Source: the human T2T-CHM13v2.0 reference genome, Homo sapiens
Reading direction: 5' to 3' (one strand)
Assembly (NCBI RefSeq): GCF_009914755.1
Contig: NC_060930.1
DNA length: 64,000 nucleotides
In this document: positions 31,251 to 44,945 of the stretch, in pieces
How the letters are laid out: each line of letters starts with the position of its first letter
Position numbering within the stretch: position 1 is the first letter of the stretch
Position numbers and translations under genes: made by a program
Notes under the pieces: model-generated
Told to the model about the DNA's origin: nothing
The model's input: the letters and a program-made list of their open reading frames with translations, nothing else
The model's database searches: none

Positions 31251-31495
31251 GCACTTTGGGAGGCCAAGGCGGGAGGATTGCTTGAGTCCAGGAGTTTGAG
31301 ACCAGCCTGGGCAACATAATGAAACCCCTATCTCTACAAAAAGTAAACAAATTAGCCAGGTGTGGTGGTGCACACCTGTAGTCCCAGCTACTCAGAAGGC
31401 TGAGGTGGGAGGATTGCTTGAGCCCAGGCAGTCAAGCCTGCAGTGAGCCACGATCATGCCACTGCACTCCAGCCTGGGTGACAGAGTGAGACTCC
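31251..31495 (+). mobile_element. AluJ, 5'-truncated
   Basis: gcactttgggaggcc...gagactcc; tail degraded. Confidence 0.9.
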
Positions 31496-32484
31496 TCCAT
31501 TCCACCCTCCCCTTCCCTGGGAAAAATAAATAATTGATGACACTTACATAGTGCTCACTATGTTCCAGGCTTTACATATACTAACTCGTTTGCTTCCCAC
31601 GGTGGAGATGGTTATGATTGTTCTCCTTGAGGAAAGTGAAGCCCAGAGAAGGCAAGTAAGTGCCCTGCTCAAATTTAATTCACTTGTGTTGTCTAACCTC
31701 AGTCACTGTCCTATCACCCTGTTTTATTTTCTTCGGAGCCTTGCTTGGAAAAACAGTGGTCTACTGGTTTGCTTGCTTGCCCATTGTCTGTCTCACAGAC
31801 AGCACGAGACATCGCCTCATAGATGGCAAGCTCCTTGAGTGCAGGGCCTTCATCTTTCTTGTTCACATTCCCAAAGCTTAACTGATGCTTTAGAGAAGCT
31901 CAGTGAATATTTGTGGAAAGAATGAGCCACTGGCCCACTGAATGGAGACTCCTCGAGGGTGCACTCTGTGATTATTCATTTCTGTTACCCCCACACTTCC
32001 TAGCACAGGGCCTGGCACAGATACAGTGCTCAGTAAACTGTTTGTTGAGTGAATAAATGAATGAATGAATGAATGGAAAAAAATTCCAGAGGACTCAGTT
32101 GCTGTTGCTCTTCCTTCCAGACTCTGGGAACTAGTGGAAAGTCTTCAGCCACAGGAGATGTGGGAGAATATTCTTTCTGGATCTCTGTTTTGGTTTCTCT
32201 GTGTGATTTGGTGTGTGCGCAGAGTGGGTACACAGGGCGGAAAGCATGAGAAGAAGATTGGAAATGAAATAATCTCTGGGAAATGACTCCCTGAATAATT
32301 ATTTCATGTCCAAAGGCAAGAGAGGATAGAAACAGAATATGTAGGTGTGGGCCCAGAGGAGGCCCCTAGTAAGTGTTTGATGAATGAATGAGTGAGTGAG
32401 GCCTTTGAAGAAAGGCCCAGGCCATGATTTTCTTTGTAGTCCCAGACCCTAGGATGGGCTCAGACTAGAATATGATACGTTTGC

Positions 32485-32522
32485 TGAATGAATGAATGAA
32501 TGAATGAATGAATAAATGAATG
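32485..32522. repeat. (TGAA)n L2-tail-type repeat
   Basis: Direct reading; similar tails at 32048-32074 and 32379-32399. Confidence 0.8.
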
Positions 32523-32770
32523 CACACATGAGCACAAAGGAGCATGGAAATGATTGGAAAGGGTGAGTGCTGCCAAGGACCTCAGAGTGCTGGTGAACCA
32601 GACCAGGGACAAAGATTCCAGCCTTGGTCCTTTCTCCATGAGTCAGGGTCTGAAAGTAAGGAAGGGGTCTGGTGAACGCTTAAAACCTGGTTTCCCAGTC
32701 ATTCTTTCCAGATGATCTGTGTGGGGTATTGTGCAAAGACGAATAATAATTGGAAAAATAATAAGAGCCC

Positions 32771-33069
32771 TGCCAGGTACAGTGGCTTACACCTGTAATC
32801 CCAGCACTTTGGGAGGCTGAGGCAGGTGGATTGCTTGAGCCCAGGAGTTTAAGATAAGACCAGCCTGGGCAATATGGTGAAATCCTGTCTCTACAAAAGA
32901 TAGAAAAATTAGCCAGATGTGGTGGCACGTGCCTGTAGTCCCAGCTACTCAGGAAGCTGAGCCTGGGGAGGTTGAGGCTACAGTAAGCCATGATCATGCC
33001 ACTGCACTCCAGCCTGGGTGATGGAGTGAGACCTTGTTTCAAAACAAACAAACAAATGAACAAACAAAC
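32771..33069 (+). mobile_element. AluJ inserted in a MIR
   Basis: Dimer; TSD aataagagc; MIR core (gaggaaactgaggcacagag) follows at ~33080-33260. Confidence 0.92.
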
Positions 33070-34054
33070 AATAAGAGCTCATATATATTGAGCACATACT
33101 ATGTGCCAGGTTCTGCTCCAAGCTCTTTACTTGTTTTCAGTCATATCATCCTTTCAGCAACCACATGAAGTATTTTTCTCATTTTATAAAAGAGGAAACT
33201 GAGGCACAGAGACGGGCAATGTCCGTCCACGATCACATAGCTAGCCAGTGAACACACAGTCATCACTCGGGCTTGCTGGGGACAGCAGCGGCTGCCCACC
33301 TGTGTACCTAGGGGAAGGTCCTTTGTGCTTGGGTCTTGCTCTGGTTCTATCACCTCTCCAGGCCTCAGACCTTCATTTGCAGAATAGGAACATAACATTT
33401 TGATGTTCTGGGACATGGAAGTCAGAGGACTTTGTAAGCTATAAAGGGCTACCGGGATCTTTTAATGGAAATTTCCTCCTCCTCATCATGAATCACCATC
33501 ATCTTCATCATGATCATCTCTAGACCTGGCCTCCTGCCATTAATATGCCAGGCTGGGCTGCAACCCTGGAAATCCTGGTAAGACAGACAAACTTACTTCC
33601 CACTCAGGGATAATTATTATCTAATTTGGCTTCCACTTATCTCTTATTTCCATTCTTCTTTTCTACCTTCTAAGCCTTGACTCACCTCCAGCCCCAGCTT
33701 CTCCTTCCTCAATCATCGGCCTCCCAGACTCTGGGCTTCTCTCCACCCCTATTAACTAATTTGCTGAATATGTAAATCAAAACTTGTTACTCTCCTGCCC
33801 TTGTGCCAAGAACCAACTCTAAACTCTTTTTATGAGATGAAAGGCATTGGTAATGTGGCCCGTGGAAACAACTCTTTTTCAGTCACCCCCAATGCCCTCC
33901 AGCCATGCCACATGGTTGGCAATTCCTGTAATAGGGTATTATTTTCATTCCTCTTTGCTCTTACCTGTGCTGTTCCCTCTGCCTAGCAGGTTCTTTCCAA
34001 CTTTGTCTCCGTAGTAAATGTCCACGTATTCATTTTACCCTTCAGAACAAAAAT

Positions 34055-34380
34055 GGCATTATTGTTTTTCCCAGTTATAAGAGTGAAGAGCGCTCATTGT
34101 ATATAATTCAAACACTGTAGAAAAAACTAGAAAAAAAAGGAAATGTTTCTCCTTCCCATAGTTTCAACAACTGGAGATAACCACCGCTAAAATACGATGG
34201 TTAAAATCATGAATGTTTTTCTATGCATTTATACACATATATCTTTAAATATGTATAAATACATACATATTTGCAAACATGAGATAATTCACCCTATATG
34301 GTAACCTACTTTTTGTCCTGAGTAAAATATTTTGGGTATCTTTTCCTGTGAATAATTAGTTTTACATAATAATTTTTTGT
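34055..34380 (-). mobile_element. Old L1ME/MC 3' fragment
   Basis: ctcattgtatataattcaaaca...ggagataaccac...tttttctatgcatttatacac. Confidence 0.6.
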
Positions 34381-34666
34381 TCTTCAAAACTGAATTCCAA
34401 TTCAAATGTTTATTCTCCTGGAAGGCTCTCCTGGTTTCCTACTTCCCTCCCAGTCCCCACCCACAGTGCCCCACCTCCGAGGACTCATCGTACCTTGTAC
34501 CTCTTTCTTTGAAATCTTTGCCAATTATAAGGTCGTTAACTGATTTAAAAGGCAAATGTGTAAAACAATAATTATAAATCTACGTTAATGCGCACACAAG
34601 GTATAAAGATGTAATCTGTAACAATAATAATATAAAGGGGGAAGAATGGATAGGCAAAGGAGCAGA

Positions 34667-35337
<671 letters not shown>

Positions 35338-37627
35338 TTATTAAAACTAAGTTGTTATAAGGTTAAGATGTTAATTGTAATCACAAGGTAACTAAGACAA
35401 TGACTAAAAAATATGCAAAAAAGGAAACAGAAGTGAATCAAAATGGTACACTAGAAAAAAATCAACTAAATACATAAAAGGTAGTAATGGAGGAATTGGG
35501 GAACAAAAACACACAAGCATACAGAAAAACAAATAACTAAATGGGAGAAGTAAATCATTCTTTATCAGTAATTACATTAAATATAAATGAGTAAAATTCT
35601 CTTATTAAAAGGCAGAGATTGGCAGACTGAATAAAAAATGATATACTGTCTACAAGAGACTCATTTTAGATATAAGAGCATAAAGTGATTGAAAGTAAAA
35701 GGATGGAAAAAGATATCCAATGCAAATAAATAGTAATCAAAAAAGAGCTGGGATAGCTATATTATTGCTACACAAAATAGATATTAAGTCAAAAAAGTTC
35801 ACCTAGAAGATATAACAATTATAAACATATACATACCTAAAAACATATACATACCTAAACCCAAACTATATGAAGCAAAAATGGACATAATTAAAGGGAG
35901 AAATAGACAGTTCTAAAATAATACTTGGAGACTTCAACACCTCACTTTCAATAATGGATAGAACAATCAGACAGAAAATCAATAAAGAAATAGACAACTG
36001 AACAATGTCATGAGTCAGTTATATCTAACAGAAATATATAGAACACTTCAATCAACAACAGCAGAATAAGCATTCTTCTCAAGTATGCGTGGAACCTTCT
36101 CCAGGATGGACCACATGTTAGGTCACAAGACAAATCTTATTAAGTTTAACAAGATTGAAATAATATATGTTCAATTACAGAGGGATACAACTAGAAATCA
36201 ACAACAGAAGGAAGACAATAATTTTAGAACTATGTAGAATTTAAACAACACCCTCTTAAACAACTAGTGGGTCCAAGAAGAAATCACAAGGAAAATGAGA
36301 AAACACTTTGAGAAAAATGAAACGAAAACACAACACACCCAAACTAATGGAGTATATCAAAAGTAGTACTCAGAGAGAAGTTTATGGCTGTTAATGCCTA
36401 CATTAAAAAGAAGAAAAATCTCAAATCAAGAACTTAACTGTACACCTTAGGGAACTAGAAAAAGAAAAGCAAACTAACCCTAAAACTAGCAGAAGGAAGG
36501 AAATAATAAAAATTAGAATAGAGATAAACAAAATAGATAATAGAAAAACAATAGAAAAAAATAAACAAAGCTAAACATTGGTTCTTTGAAAAGGTCAACA
36601 AAATTGACAAACCTTTAGCTAGATTGACTAAGAAAAAGAGAGAAGACTCAAGCTACTAAAATCAGACATGAAAGTGGAGACATTACTACTGATCTTATAG
36701 ACATAGAAAGGATTATAAGATAATACTATGAACAATTACACACCAACCAATTAGATGACTTAGATGAAATGGACAAATTCCTGGAAACACAAACTATCAA
36801 AACCAACTTAAAAGGAAATAGAAAACTTGAATAGAGATATAACAAGTGAAGAGATTGAATCAGCAATCAAAAACCTCCCAACAAATAAGAGTCCAGGACT
36901 AGATATCTTCACTGGTGAATTCTACCTAACATGTAAAGAAAAATTGACACCAATCCTTCTCAAACTCTTCCAAAACATTGAAGAGGAGAGAACCTTTCCA
37001 ACTCATTCTGTGATGCCAAAGTTACCCTGATACCAAGCCAAAGACACTACAAGAAAACTATAGGCCAACATACCTTAAGCATAGAGATGCAAACATCCTC
37101 AACAAAAAACTGGCAAACCAAATTTAGCAGCATATTAAAAGGATTACACACCATGACCAAGTGGGATTTATCCCCATAATGTAAGGATGGTTTAACATAC
37201 AAAAATCAGTCAATATAATGTACTACATTAATAGAATGAAGGAAAAAAGAGCCATACACAATTGTTTCAGTTGATGCAGAAAAAGCATTTGAGAAAATAC
37301 AAAAATTTCTTGATTAAAAACACTTAATAAACTAGGAATAGAACTTCCTTAACATGAAAAAGTTGTATATGAAAAACCCACAGCTAACATCATATTCAAT
37401 GGCAAAAGATTGAAAGCTTTCCCCCTACAATCAGGACAAGATAAGAATGGCTGCTTTTGTCACTTCTATTCAACATAGTAATGGAAGTTCTAGCCAGAGC
37501 AATTAGGCAAGAAATAAAAGGCACCCAGATTGGAAAGAAAGAAATAAAATGATCTCTGTTTGCAGATGATATGGATAAAATACCAAAATTTAAGAGCTAA
37601 AACTGTAAAACTCTTAAAAAAAAAGTG

Positions 37628-37755
37628 AGCCAGGTGTGGTGGTTCATGCCTGTCACCCCAGCATTTTGGGAGGCTGAGGTGGGAGGACTGCTTGAGCCCA
37701 GAGTTTGAGACTAGCCTGGGCAGTATAGTGGGACCTCATCTCTACAAATGAAACC
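37628..37755 (+). mobile_element. FLAM / Alu left monomer
   Basis: Single left arm inside L1. Confidence 0.85.
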
Positions 37756-39928
37756 AAACAGGGGAAAATCTTCAAGGCCTTGGATTTGGCAATGGTTTCT
37801 TTAGTATGACACCAAAAACACAGGCAACAAAGGAAAAATATAGATAAATTGGACTTCATCAAAATTAAAAACTGCCACTAAATTGTACACTTAAAATAGT
37901 TAAAATGGTGACTATTTATGTTATACATATTTTACCATAATAAAAAAAGTGAAAAAGAAAATAAAACAACCTAAACTAGGAAACACCCCATAACCTCCCA
38001 AATCCAATTTAAATGTTTATTGTCCTAGAAGACTCTCCTGGTTCTCCTTTTCCCCTTCAACACCTGTCCACTGTGCCCCTCCTCCAGGGACTCATTGTAC
38101 CTCATACATCTCTTTTTGAAACTCTTCCTGCTTGTAAGGTCATTATTTGTTTACAGGTTGGTTACAAGTTGGCTCTGTCCCCCTATCCCATGATAACCCC
38201 CTCCAGGCAGTGTAGTCTGGGTTCACATTTCCACTCTCCCTAAGGTTAAGTTCCTTAACCACTCTGGGCTGCTATATCCTCATCCATAAAATAGGGGAGA
38301 TGATGGCACCTACCTCGTAGGGCTGTGGTGAGGAGTCAGCAAGGTCATGCACTAAACTTCTTACTTAGAAGGATGCCTGCTACATTCAACCAATGTTTGC
38401 TATTATTATATGGGCCTGGCAAAAGGCAAATGGCTAGACAGGTTGTAAAATGAATGCTCAGTGACACTCCCTGCTCTCCTCCCTGCCATCCTTGGGGCTG
38501 TACATGTATATTTGAATGTCCAACACGGGGAGAGGAGGGAGCAAGGCCTTTGCACCTCTTCCCTGGCCCTGCCCTCTGATCCTGGCTCAATCCCCCTCCC
38601 TCCACACTTCGAATTGGCCCGGGTCCCTGCTGGGCTGGAGTGGGAAAGATTAGACAAGCTTCCCTCCACCCTGTCCTTGGGGTGTTGTCCCCAGTGGCAG
38701 GAGAAGCCCCACTCTTCTCCCTTCTCTCTGGCTTTTGCCTGTCTCCAAAGTGGGCCTTTGGGAGTGCCCAAGTTGGGGAGGATGGGAAGAACTCGGATTT
38801 GGGGGTTAGAGTCAGTCACTATCACATCAATCAGGGCCCTTTCATCAGCCGGAAACTGCTACATCCGGCTGCCCCAACAAGTCCAGACGGGGGTTCCCTG
38901 CCCTTCCCCAGCTTACCCTTCTTGCCCCCCTTCCCCAGCTGACAGTCACTCTCACCCTTCCCCGGATGTAAGGGACAGGCTGGGGCAAGCCAGGGACACA
39001 CTCAGTTTCCCTTCCCTGCTGCCCCTCCCTGGCGTGACATTTACCTCTTCCCCCTCCTCCTCTCCCCACCCCTCCCCCTGCCCCAGCCCATCTGCCATAA
39101 GTCCCCAGGACCTGGCTAAGGCAGGGGCCTGGAGGTGAAATCAGGAGTCCACCTGCGGCTGACTGATTGGGCCTGAGCTCCTCGGGCAAGGTGCTTCAGT
39201 TAGAACCCTGGGACAGCAAGCCTGGGGGGAGGCCCGGAGCACACAGAGGGAAAGGTACCAGCCCAGGGCCATAGAGTGCTGAGCCAGGACCAGAACCCAG
39301 AGCTCTGGGTGCCTCCTTTTCTTTCCTTTATCCCCACAGCCTCAGTTTCCCTCTCTGTCTACTGTCTGGTAGGTCTCTACACTTCCTTAGAGCTCTGATA
39401 TTATGGGCCTGCTTGGAGCCTCTCTCTCCTCTCCCACTCCCAGTTTCTCCCTGCTGAAGCGTCCAAGTTTACTGGTGGGGTGTTTGGGGTGGAGTGAGGG
39501 AAGCCTCACTTCTAGCAGGTTCAGGGAGCCTCTGTTTCAACAACATAATCCTCGCTGTTGACCAAGAGACCAGAGGCTATTCTGTGGGGGAGTGCCTGGT
39601 TTGGCAGTGGCCAGATTGTCTCTGCTTGGTTCACAGCTCAGTGCTCTGCCCACTGGACCATCCAGTCTGACATTTGACTTTTGCCAGCACCTGATTGTTC
39701 AAGGCAAACTTAACGTGTGGGAAGGATGTGTAAAGATATGGAGGCAACAACCTGGGCAGGACGCATGGAGTCAGAAGTCAGGATTCCCAGTGAAGCAGGT
39801 CGGGGAAGGCCTGCTGAGCCATACTCAGAACCCGGGCATCAGGGGGTCCAGACTGTGGTGTGCCCTGCCCTGGCCCTTTTCAAGGGTCCCGAAGGTCAGA
39901 GAAACCCTTCTCTTCCCTCTCTCAATTC

Positions 39929-40221
39929 TTTTTTTTGAGATGGAGTCTCACTCTGTTGCCCAGGCTGGAGTGCAGTGGCATGATCTCAGCTCACTGCAAC
40001 CTCCACCTCCCAGGTTCAAGGGATGACTCTCGTGCCTCAGCCTCCTGAGTAGCTGGGATTACAGGTGTGTGCCACCACACCCAGCTAATTTTTGTATTTT
40101 TAGTAGAGGCGGGGTTTCACCATGTTGGCCAGGCTGGTCTTGAACTCCTGACCTTGGGTGATCTGCTGGCCTCAGCCTCCCAAAGTGCTGGGATTACAGA
40201 CCTGAGCCACCGCACCCAGCC
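39929..40221 (-). mobile_element. AluS
   Basis: Antisense dimer. Confidence 0.95.
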
Positions 40222-40299
40222 TTACTTATGACTGATCTACTTGAAAGAGTAAAAGAGCCTTACTAAGGTCACAGTCTCAAAGTCTTCCCTCTTGCCCAG

Positions 40300-40671
40300 T
40301 GACATGGACTGAATTGTATTCCCTCAAATTCATATGTTGGAGCCCTAAACTCCAGTGTGATGGTATTTGGAGATGGGCCTTTGGGAGGTAATTGGGTTTA
40401 GATGAAGTCATGAGGGTGGGGTCCCCATGGTGGGATAAGTGCCCCTGTAAGAAGATACCAGAGAGTTTTCTGGCTGTCTCTCTCTCTCTGTCTCTGTGAG
40501 AAAGCAGCTGTCTGCAAGCCAGGAAGAGGAGAGAATCCTCATCAGAAACCAAATTCACGAGCACCTTGATCTTGGACTTCCCAGCCTCCAGAACTAGAAG
40601 AAATAAACATCTGTTATGTAAGCCACCCAGTCTGTAGTATTTGGTTATAACAGCCTGAGCTGCCTGAAACA
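40300..40671 (+). mobile_element. MLT1A0-like MaLR solo LTR
   Basis: tgacatggactgaattgt...ggtatttggagatgggcctttgggaggtaatt...cttggacttcccagcctccagaact...aataaa...aagccacccagtctgtagtatt. Confidence 0.88.
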
Positions 40672-41928
40672 GACAGCATCACCAGACAAGGCTGCAGGTG
40701 GGTGGAGGTAGGGAGGCTGTGGGAGCCCTGAGGGGTGCTCTGAACCTGCCAGGTTCTTCTCCTGGTTCTACCCTTCCCCCATGAGCTGCATGACTCTAGG
40801 TGAGTCACTGGGATTTGGTCTTTCCATCCGGACAATGGGTCCTGACCCTGCCCTCTCCACTGCAGGTGGGTGTGGGAATCTCCAGGAAAGAGAGGGTGGG
40901 TCTCTGGGACAAGAGGGTCCTTTAGCTTCTACCCATCCCTCACCCCAAGGCCGGAGGCAGCTGCTGCCACAAAGACAATTGTCAATCAATCCTGAGTCAA
41001 AACACCTCAATCTCCAGAGAACATCTGACACAGGGGCAGGCAGGCTGTGGCCCTGCCCTCAGGGAGCTTACTGTTAGAGCCAGCCAGCCCACAGTTAGGG
41101 CCAACAGAGTCCCAATTTAAATCCCAGGAGGAGGGGGAGAAGCCCCCAACAGCCGCAGCCTAGACTCAGTGGCTGGCTAGGTGCATCTGCAAGTCCAAAG
41201 GCAGCTATGGCCCTTTGTCCTTCTCTCATCTGCCTCAGCCCCTCCCTCACTGCTAGGTGAAAGTCCTCTGCCTCCCACCGGGATGTGAGCACTGTGAGGC
41301 CTTGGGTGCTGCTGTCCTGGGGCCTAACAGAGTGCCTGCACATGGGAGGTGCTCATCTGGTGAAGGAAGAAATGGCTGATGAAACTCAATTCTTGCCTGC
41401 TTCCCTGTTTTCTCAACAAAGCCCCTCTACCTGGGGCTTTGAGATGGGGAATATTACAAAGTCATGGGCAAGAGTGTTTTGGGAGGGATGTGGGGTAAAA
41501 AAGAAGAGAGGGAAAGAGACATACTTTCAACCAGACCGTGGGTGAGGGGCAGATTTGGGCAGAAACTTAAGAGAGTAGAAGACAGGGGTGTCTAAGAGGT
41601 CCCCTGGAGCTGTGGGCCCCCTTCCCCACTGTGGCCTTCCAGCTGAAGCTGGAGGCTGTGGGCATGGAGTATCCTGAGGCACAATCACTCCCCAAAAATT
41701 CCTCCACCACATCCTTGCTGGCTCCCTGTCTGGTGTTGATTTGGGGTGCCGGGGTTCTCCTTTTCAGAGAGTCTGGTGCCTGGGGGCTTGGAAGGGCTGA
41801 GAGAGGCCCTGAGGCCAAAGGCCTTGTAGGGTGACACGGTGGGGGCACAGGAAGGTCTTGCACAATGGGTGATCCTGGGTGTAGAGGGTGCCTTAGGTAT
41901 TCCCCACCCCCACCCCTGCCCCTCACAA

Positions 41929-42109
41929 GAGGTTGCCAGATAAAATACAGGCTTCTCAGTTAAATATGAATTTCAGAGTCCTCAGCTCTGGGACTCCCTT
42001 CTGCATAGAAAGAATAAGCAAAAAATAAATGTTTAGTATAAGTAGGCCTCAAATATTGCATGGGCCCATGGGTGTCCTGTATTTTCATTTGTAACACTTG
42101 GCAACCCTA
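41929..42109. mobile_element. MER53 hAT MITE carrying a ~36-bp foreign insert
   Basis: TIRs ggttgccaga / ttggcaacccta; cagttaaatatgaatttcaga; tttagtataagta; caaatattgcatggg. Confidence 0.85.
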
Positions 42110-42404
42110 CCCCAGTGTGCACCCTGGCCTTCATCAGGGACACGTTTCTCCGTCCAGGCTGCCTGGCGTGGGGAAGGCCCGAGTGGCGGTGGGCCAGCAG
42201 CCCTGCTCCAGGGGAGCTAGGAAGGGCCTGGGATGTGTGGGCTCCATGGCTGTTGCCCAGGTACGGGCAGTGGCTGTAGTGAGTGGTGAGGTGGGGCGTG
42301 TGTTTAATGGGGGAGGGGAGCTGGGCAGTGGCAGAGCCAGAGAGACAAGGGAAAATTTTTTTGTGGGTTCCTGTCTTGTTCCCTCCCCAGACTCACTGCC
42401 ACTG

Positions 42405-42635
42405 TGGGCCTGAGTCATCGGGAGAAGGGGTTGGGACAGATAAAATTTTTCCACTCAGCCCCCAGCCCAGCAACCTGGCTCACCTGATCGACACCGCCCA
42501 TTTGGAGGGAAATTCCAGGCCTAAATCCTGTCCGAAATTCTCTCTCTGGCCAGCCAGCCTGCAAAGGGGTTGGGAGCTCCTGGGGCTGGGAACATCTCCG
42601 GGCAAGGGAACCGGCTCTGGGACTCCCTTCTGTGT
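42405..42635. promoter_or_regulatory. Candidate AP-1/NF-kB enhancer
   Basis: TGAGTCA 42411-42417; GGGAAATTCC 42507-42516; non-repeat sequence. Confidence 0.35.
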
Positions 42636-42834
42636 AAAGGAGAGAGAGAGGAAAAAAAAAAGAGAGAGAGAGAGCCTGCTGAGGGGGAGCTGATGTGGCC
42701 ACAGCTGGTCCCACTGAGGGCTGGGCTTGGGAGCGGCGGGGATGTGAGAGGGAGGCTGGGGTTGTGACGACATGTGCCAGATTTCTCCTGAGACTCAGGA
42801 TCCAGCTGACACCAGTTTAGACCATCTCAGCCCC

Positions 42835-44192
42835 TGTGTGTGTGTGTGTGTGTGTGTGTGGTGTCTGTGTGTGTGTGTCTGTGTGTGTGTGGTGTCTATA
42901 TGTGTCTCTGTGTATGTGTGTCTGTGTGTGTGGTGTCTCTGTGTGTCTGTGTGTGTGTATGTCTGTGTGTGTGGTGTGTGTGTGTGGCATCTGTGTGTGC
43001 GTGGTGTCTGTATGTGTCTCTGTGTGTGTGGTGTCTGTGTGTGGGTGTCTCTGTGCATTTGGTGCCTCTGTGTGTGTATGTGGTGTCTCTGTGTGTGTGG
43101 TGTCTGTGTGTGTGTCTGTGTGTGTGTGGTGTCTCTGTGTGTCTGTGTGTGTGGTGTGTCTGTGTGTGTGGTGTCTCTGTGTGTGGTGTGTGTGTGGTGT
43201 CTGTGTGTGTCTGTGTGCGTGTCTGTGTGTGCGTGTGTGTGGTGTCTCTGTGTGTGGTGTCTGTGTGTGTCTCTGTGTGTGTGTGTGTGTGGGGTGTCTG
43301 TGTGTCTGTGCGTGTGGCATCTGTGTGTGTGTGTGGTGTCTGTATGTGTCTCTGTGTGTGTGTCTGTGTGTGTGGTGTCTGTGTATGTGTGTGCATATAG
43401 TGTCTGTGTGTCTCTGTGTGTGTCTGTATGTGTGGCATCTATGTGTATGTGTGGTGTCTGTGTGTGTGTGGTGTGTGTGGTGTCTGTGTGTGTCTGCATC
43501 TGTGCATGTCTGTGTGTGTGTGCGTGTGGTGTCTGTGTGTGTGGTGTCTGTGTGTGTGGTGTCTGTGTGTGTGTCTGTGCGTGTGGCATCTGTGTGTGTG
43601 TGTGGCACCTGTATGTGTCTCTGTGTGTGTATCTGTTGTGTGGTGTCTCTGTGTGTGTGTGTGTGGTGTCTGTGTATGTGAGTGTGTATGGTGTCTGTGT
43701 GTCTGTGTGTGTCTGTATGTGTGGCATCTATGTGTGTGTGTGTGTTGCCTGTGTGTGTGTGTGTGTGTGTGGTGTCTGTGTGTGTGTGTGGTATCTGTGT
43801 GTGTGTGAGTCTGTGTGTGTATGTGCCTGTGTGTGGTGTCTGCGTGTGTGTGTGGTGTCTGCGTGTGTGTGTGGTGTCTGTGTGTGTGTCTGTGGTGTGT
43901 GTGTGGTGTCGGTGTGTGTGTGTCTGTGTGTGTGTGTGCCTGTGCGTGTGTGTGGGGGTGTCTGTGTGTGTGTGGTGTGTCTGTGAGTATGGTGTGTGTG
44001 GTGTCTGTGTGTGCGTCTGTGGTGTGTGTGTGGGTCTGTGGTGTGTGTGTGGTGTCTGTGTGTGTGTGTGCCTGTGTGTGTGTGTGGGGGGGTGTCTGTG
44101 TGTGTGTGTGTGGGGGTGTCTGTGTGTGTGTGTGTGGGGGGTGTCTGTGTGTGTGTGGTGTGTCTGTGAGTATGGTGTGTGAGTGTGTGTGT
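42835..44192. repeat. 1.36-kb complex (TG)-rich tandem array, unit about (TG)n-GTGTC(TC)
   Basis: Direct reading; almost no A on the + strand; generates spurious Cys/Val and His/Thr ORFs. Confidence 0.97.
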
Positions 44193-44371
44193 ATGCATGC
44201 CCTTCTTGCCACACTGCTGGTGGTTAGAGGGGCTGCAGTTACAGAGCTATTGCCGACATGAAGCCCCTATTTTTTAACCCGGTCAGTGTTCAAGGCCCTT
44301 TGTGTTCAGACCTCAAGGTACCTTCCCGTGGTTATCTGCTGCTGCTCCCTTCCGTGCCCTGGGCTTGACTC

Positions 44372-44688
44372 CAGGTTCTCAAACTTAAATGTCTTCAGGA
44401 ACTAGACAGGTAACTGGGGACAAGGGAAGTGGACTGGGGCAGAAAAGGATGGGGATGAGGGTGGGGCGATGGGAGGAGGTGTGCTACTCAACTTCTCAAT
44501 GGTTGTTGCATTTCTGGAATTTAAGACTCCAAAGCCCATCCTCCCACCCCCACTCCACTGTTTACCTTCTGGCTTTGGTGATGGGCTGCACCTTTTCTGA
44601 GGACGCTGTGCAGGCCAATGCGGGTGGGCCAGACAGAACATGTCTGAGGACGGGATGTGGTCCACGGGGTGCCAGTTTGCAACCTCCT
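44372..44688 (+). mobile_element. MER102-like hAT-Charlie element
   Basis: caggttctcaaacttaaatgtcttcagg...acaggtaac start; gggccagacagaacatgtctg...gccagtttgcaacctc end. Confidence 0.65.
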
Positions 44689-44744
44689 CATCCAGCCAAA
44701 CTGTACTTTTTGCCATTCCGTTGTATAGGACTGTCCTATACCTG

Positions 44745-44945
44745 CCTCTGTGCCAGAATCGGGCTCAAATTATGGCTCTGCTCATTTATTATAGCTACAT
44801 GGCTTTGGGCCTCAGTTTTCTCATCTGTAAAATGGATATATTAATAGTATCCACATCTGGTGGTAATATGAAGAATGAATGTGTTAATATATGCAAAGCA
44901 CTGAGAAGTATGCCAGACACATAGCATTCAATAGGTATAAACCGT
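44745..44945 (+). mobile_element. MIR
   Basis: gcctcagttttctcatctgtaaaatgg...atatgcaaagcactgagaa. Confidence 0.8.

Noticed and set aside
36827-37030. ORF resembling reverse transcriptase-associated protein
   Set aside because: Short remnant of a dead L1 ORF2 surrounded by stops and frameshifts; not a functional gene.
42772-44261. Long ORFs (up to 465 aa; Cys/Val-rich or His/Thr-rich) in nearly all frames
   Set aside because: A by-product of a TG repeat that can rarely form stop codons; open in all frames, with no domain or splice structure.
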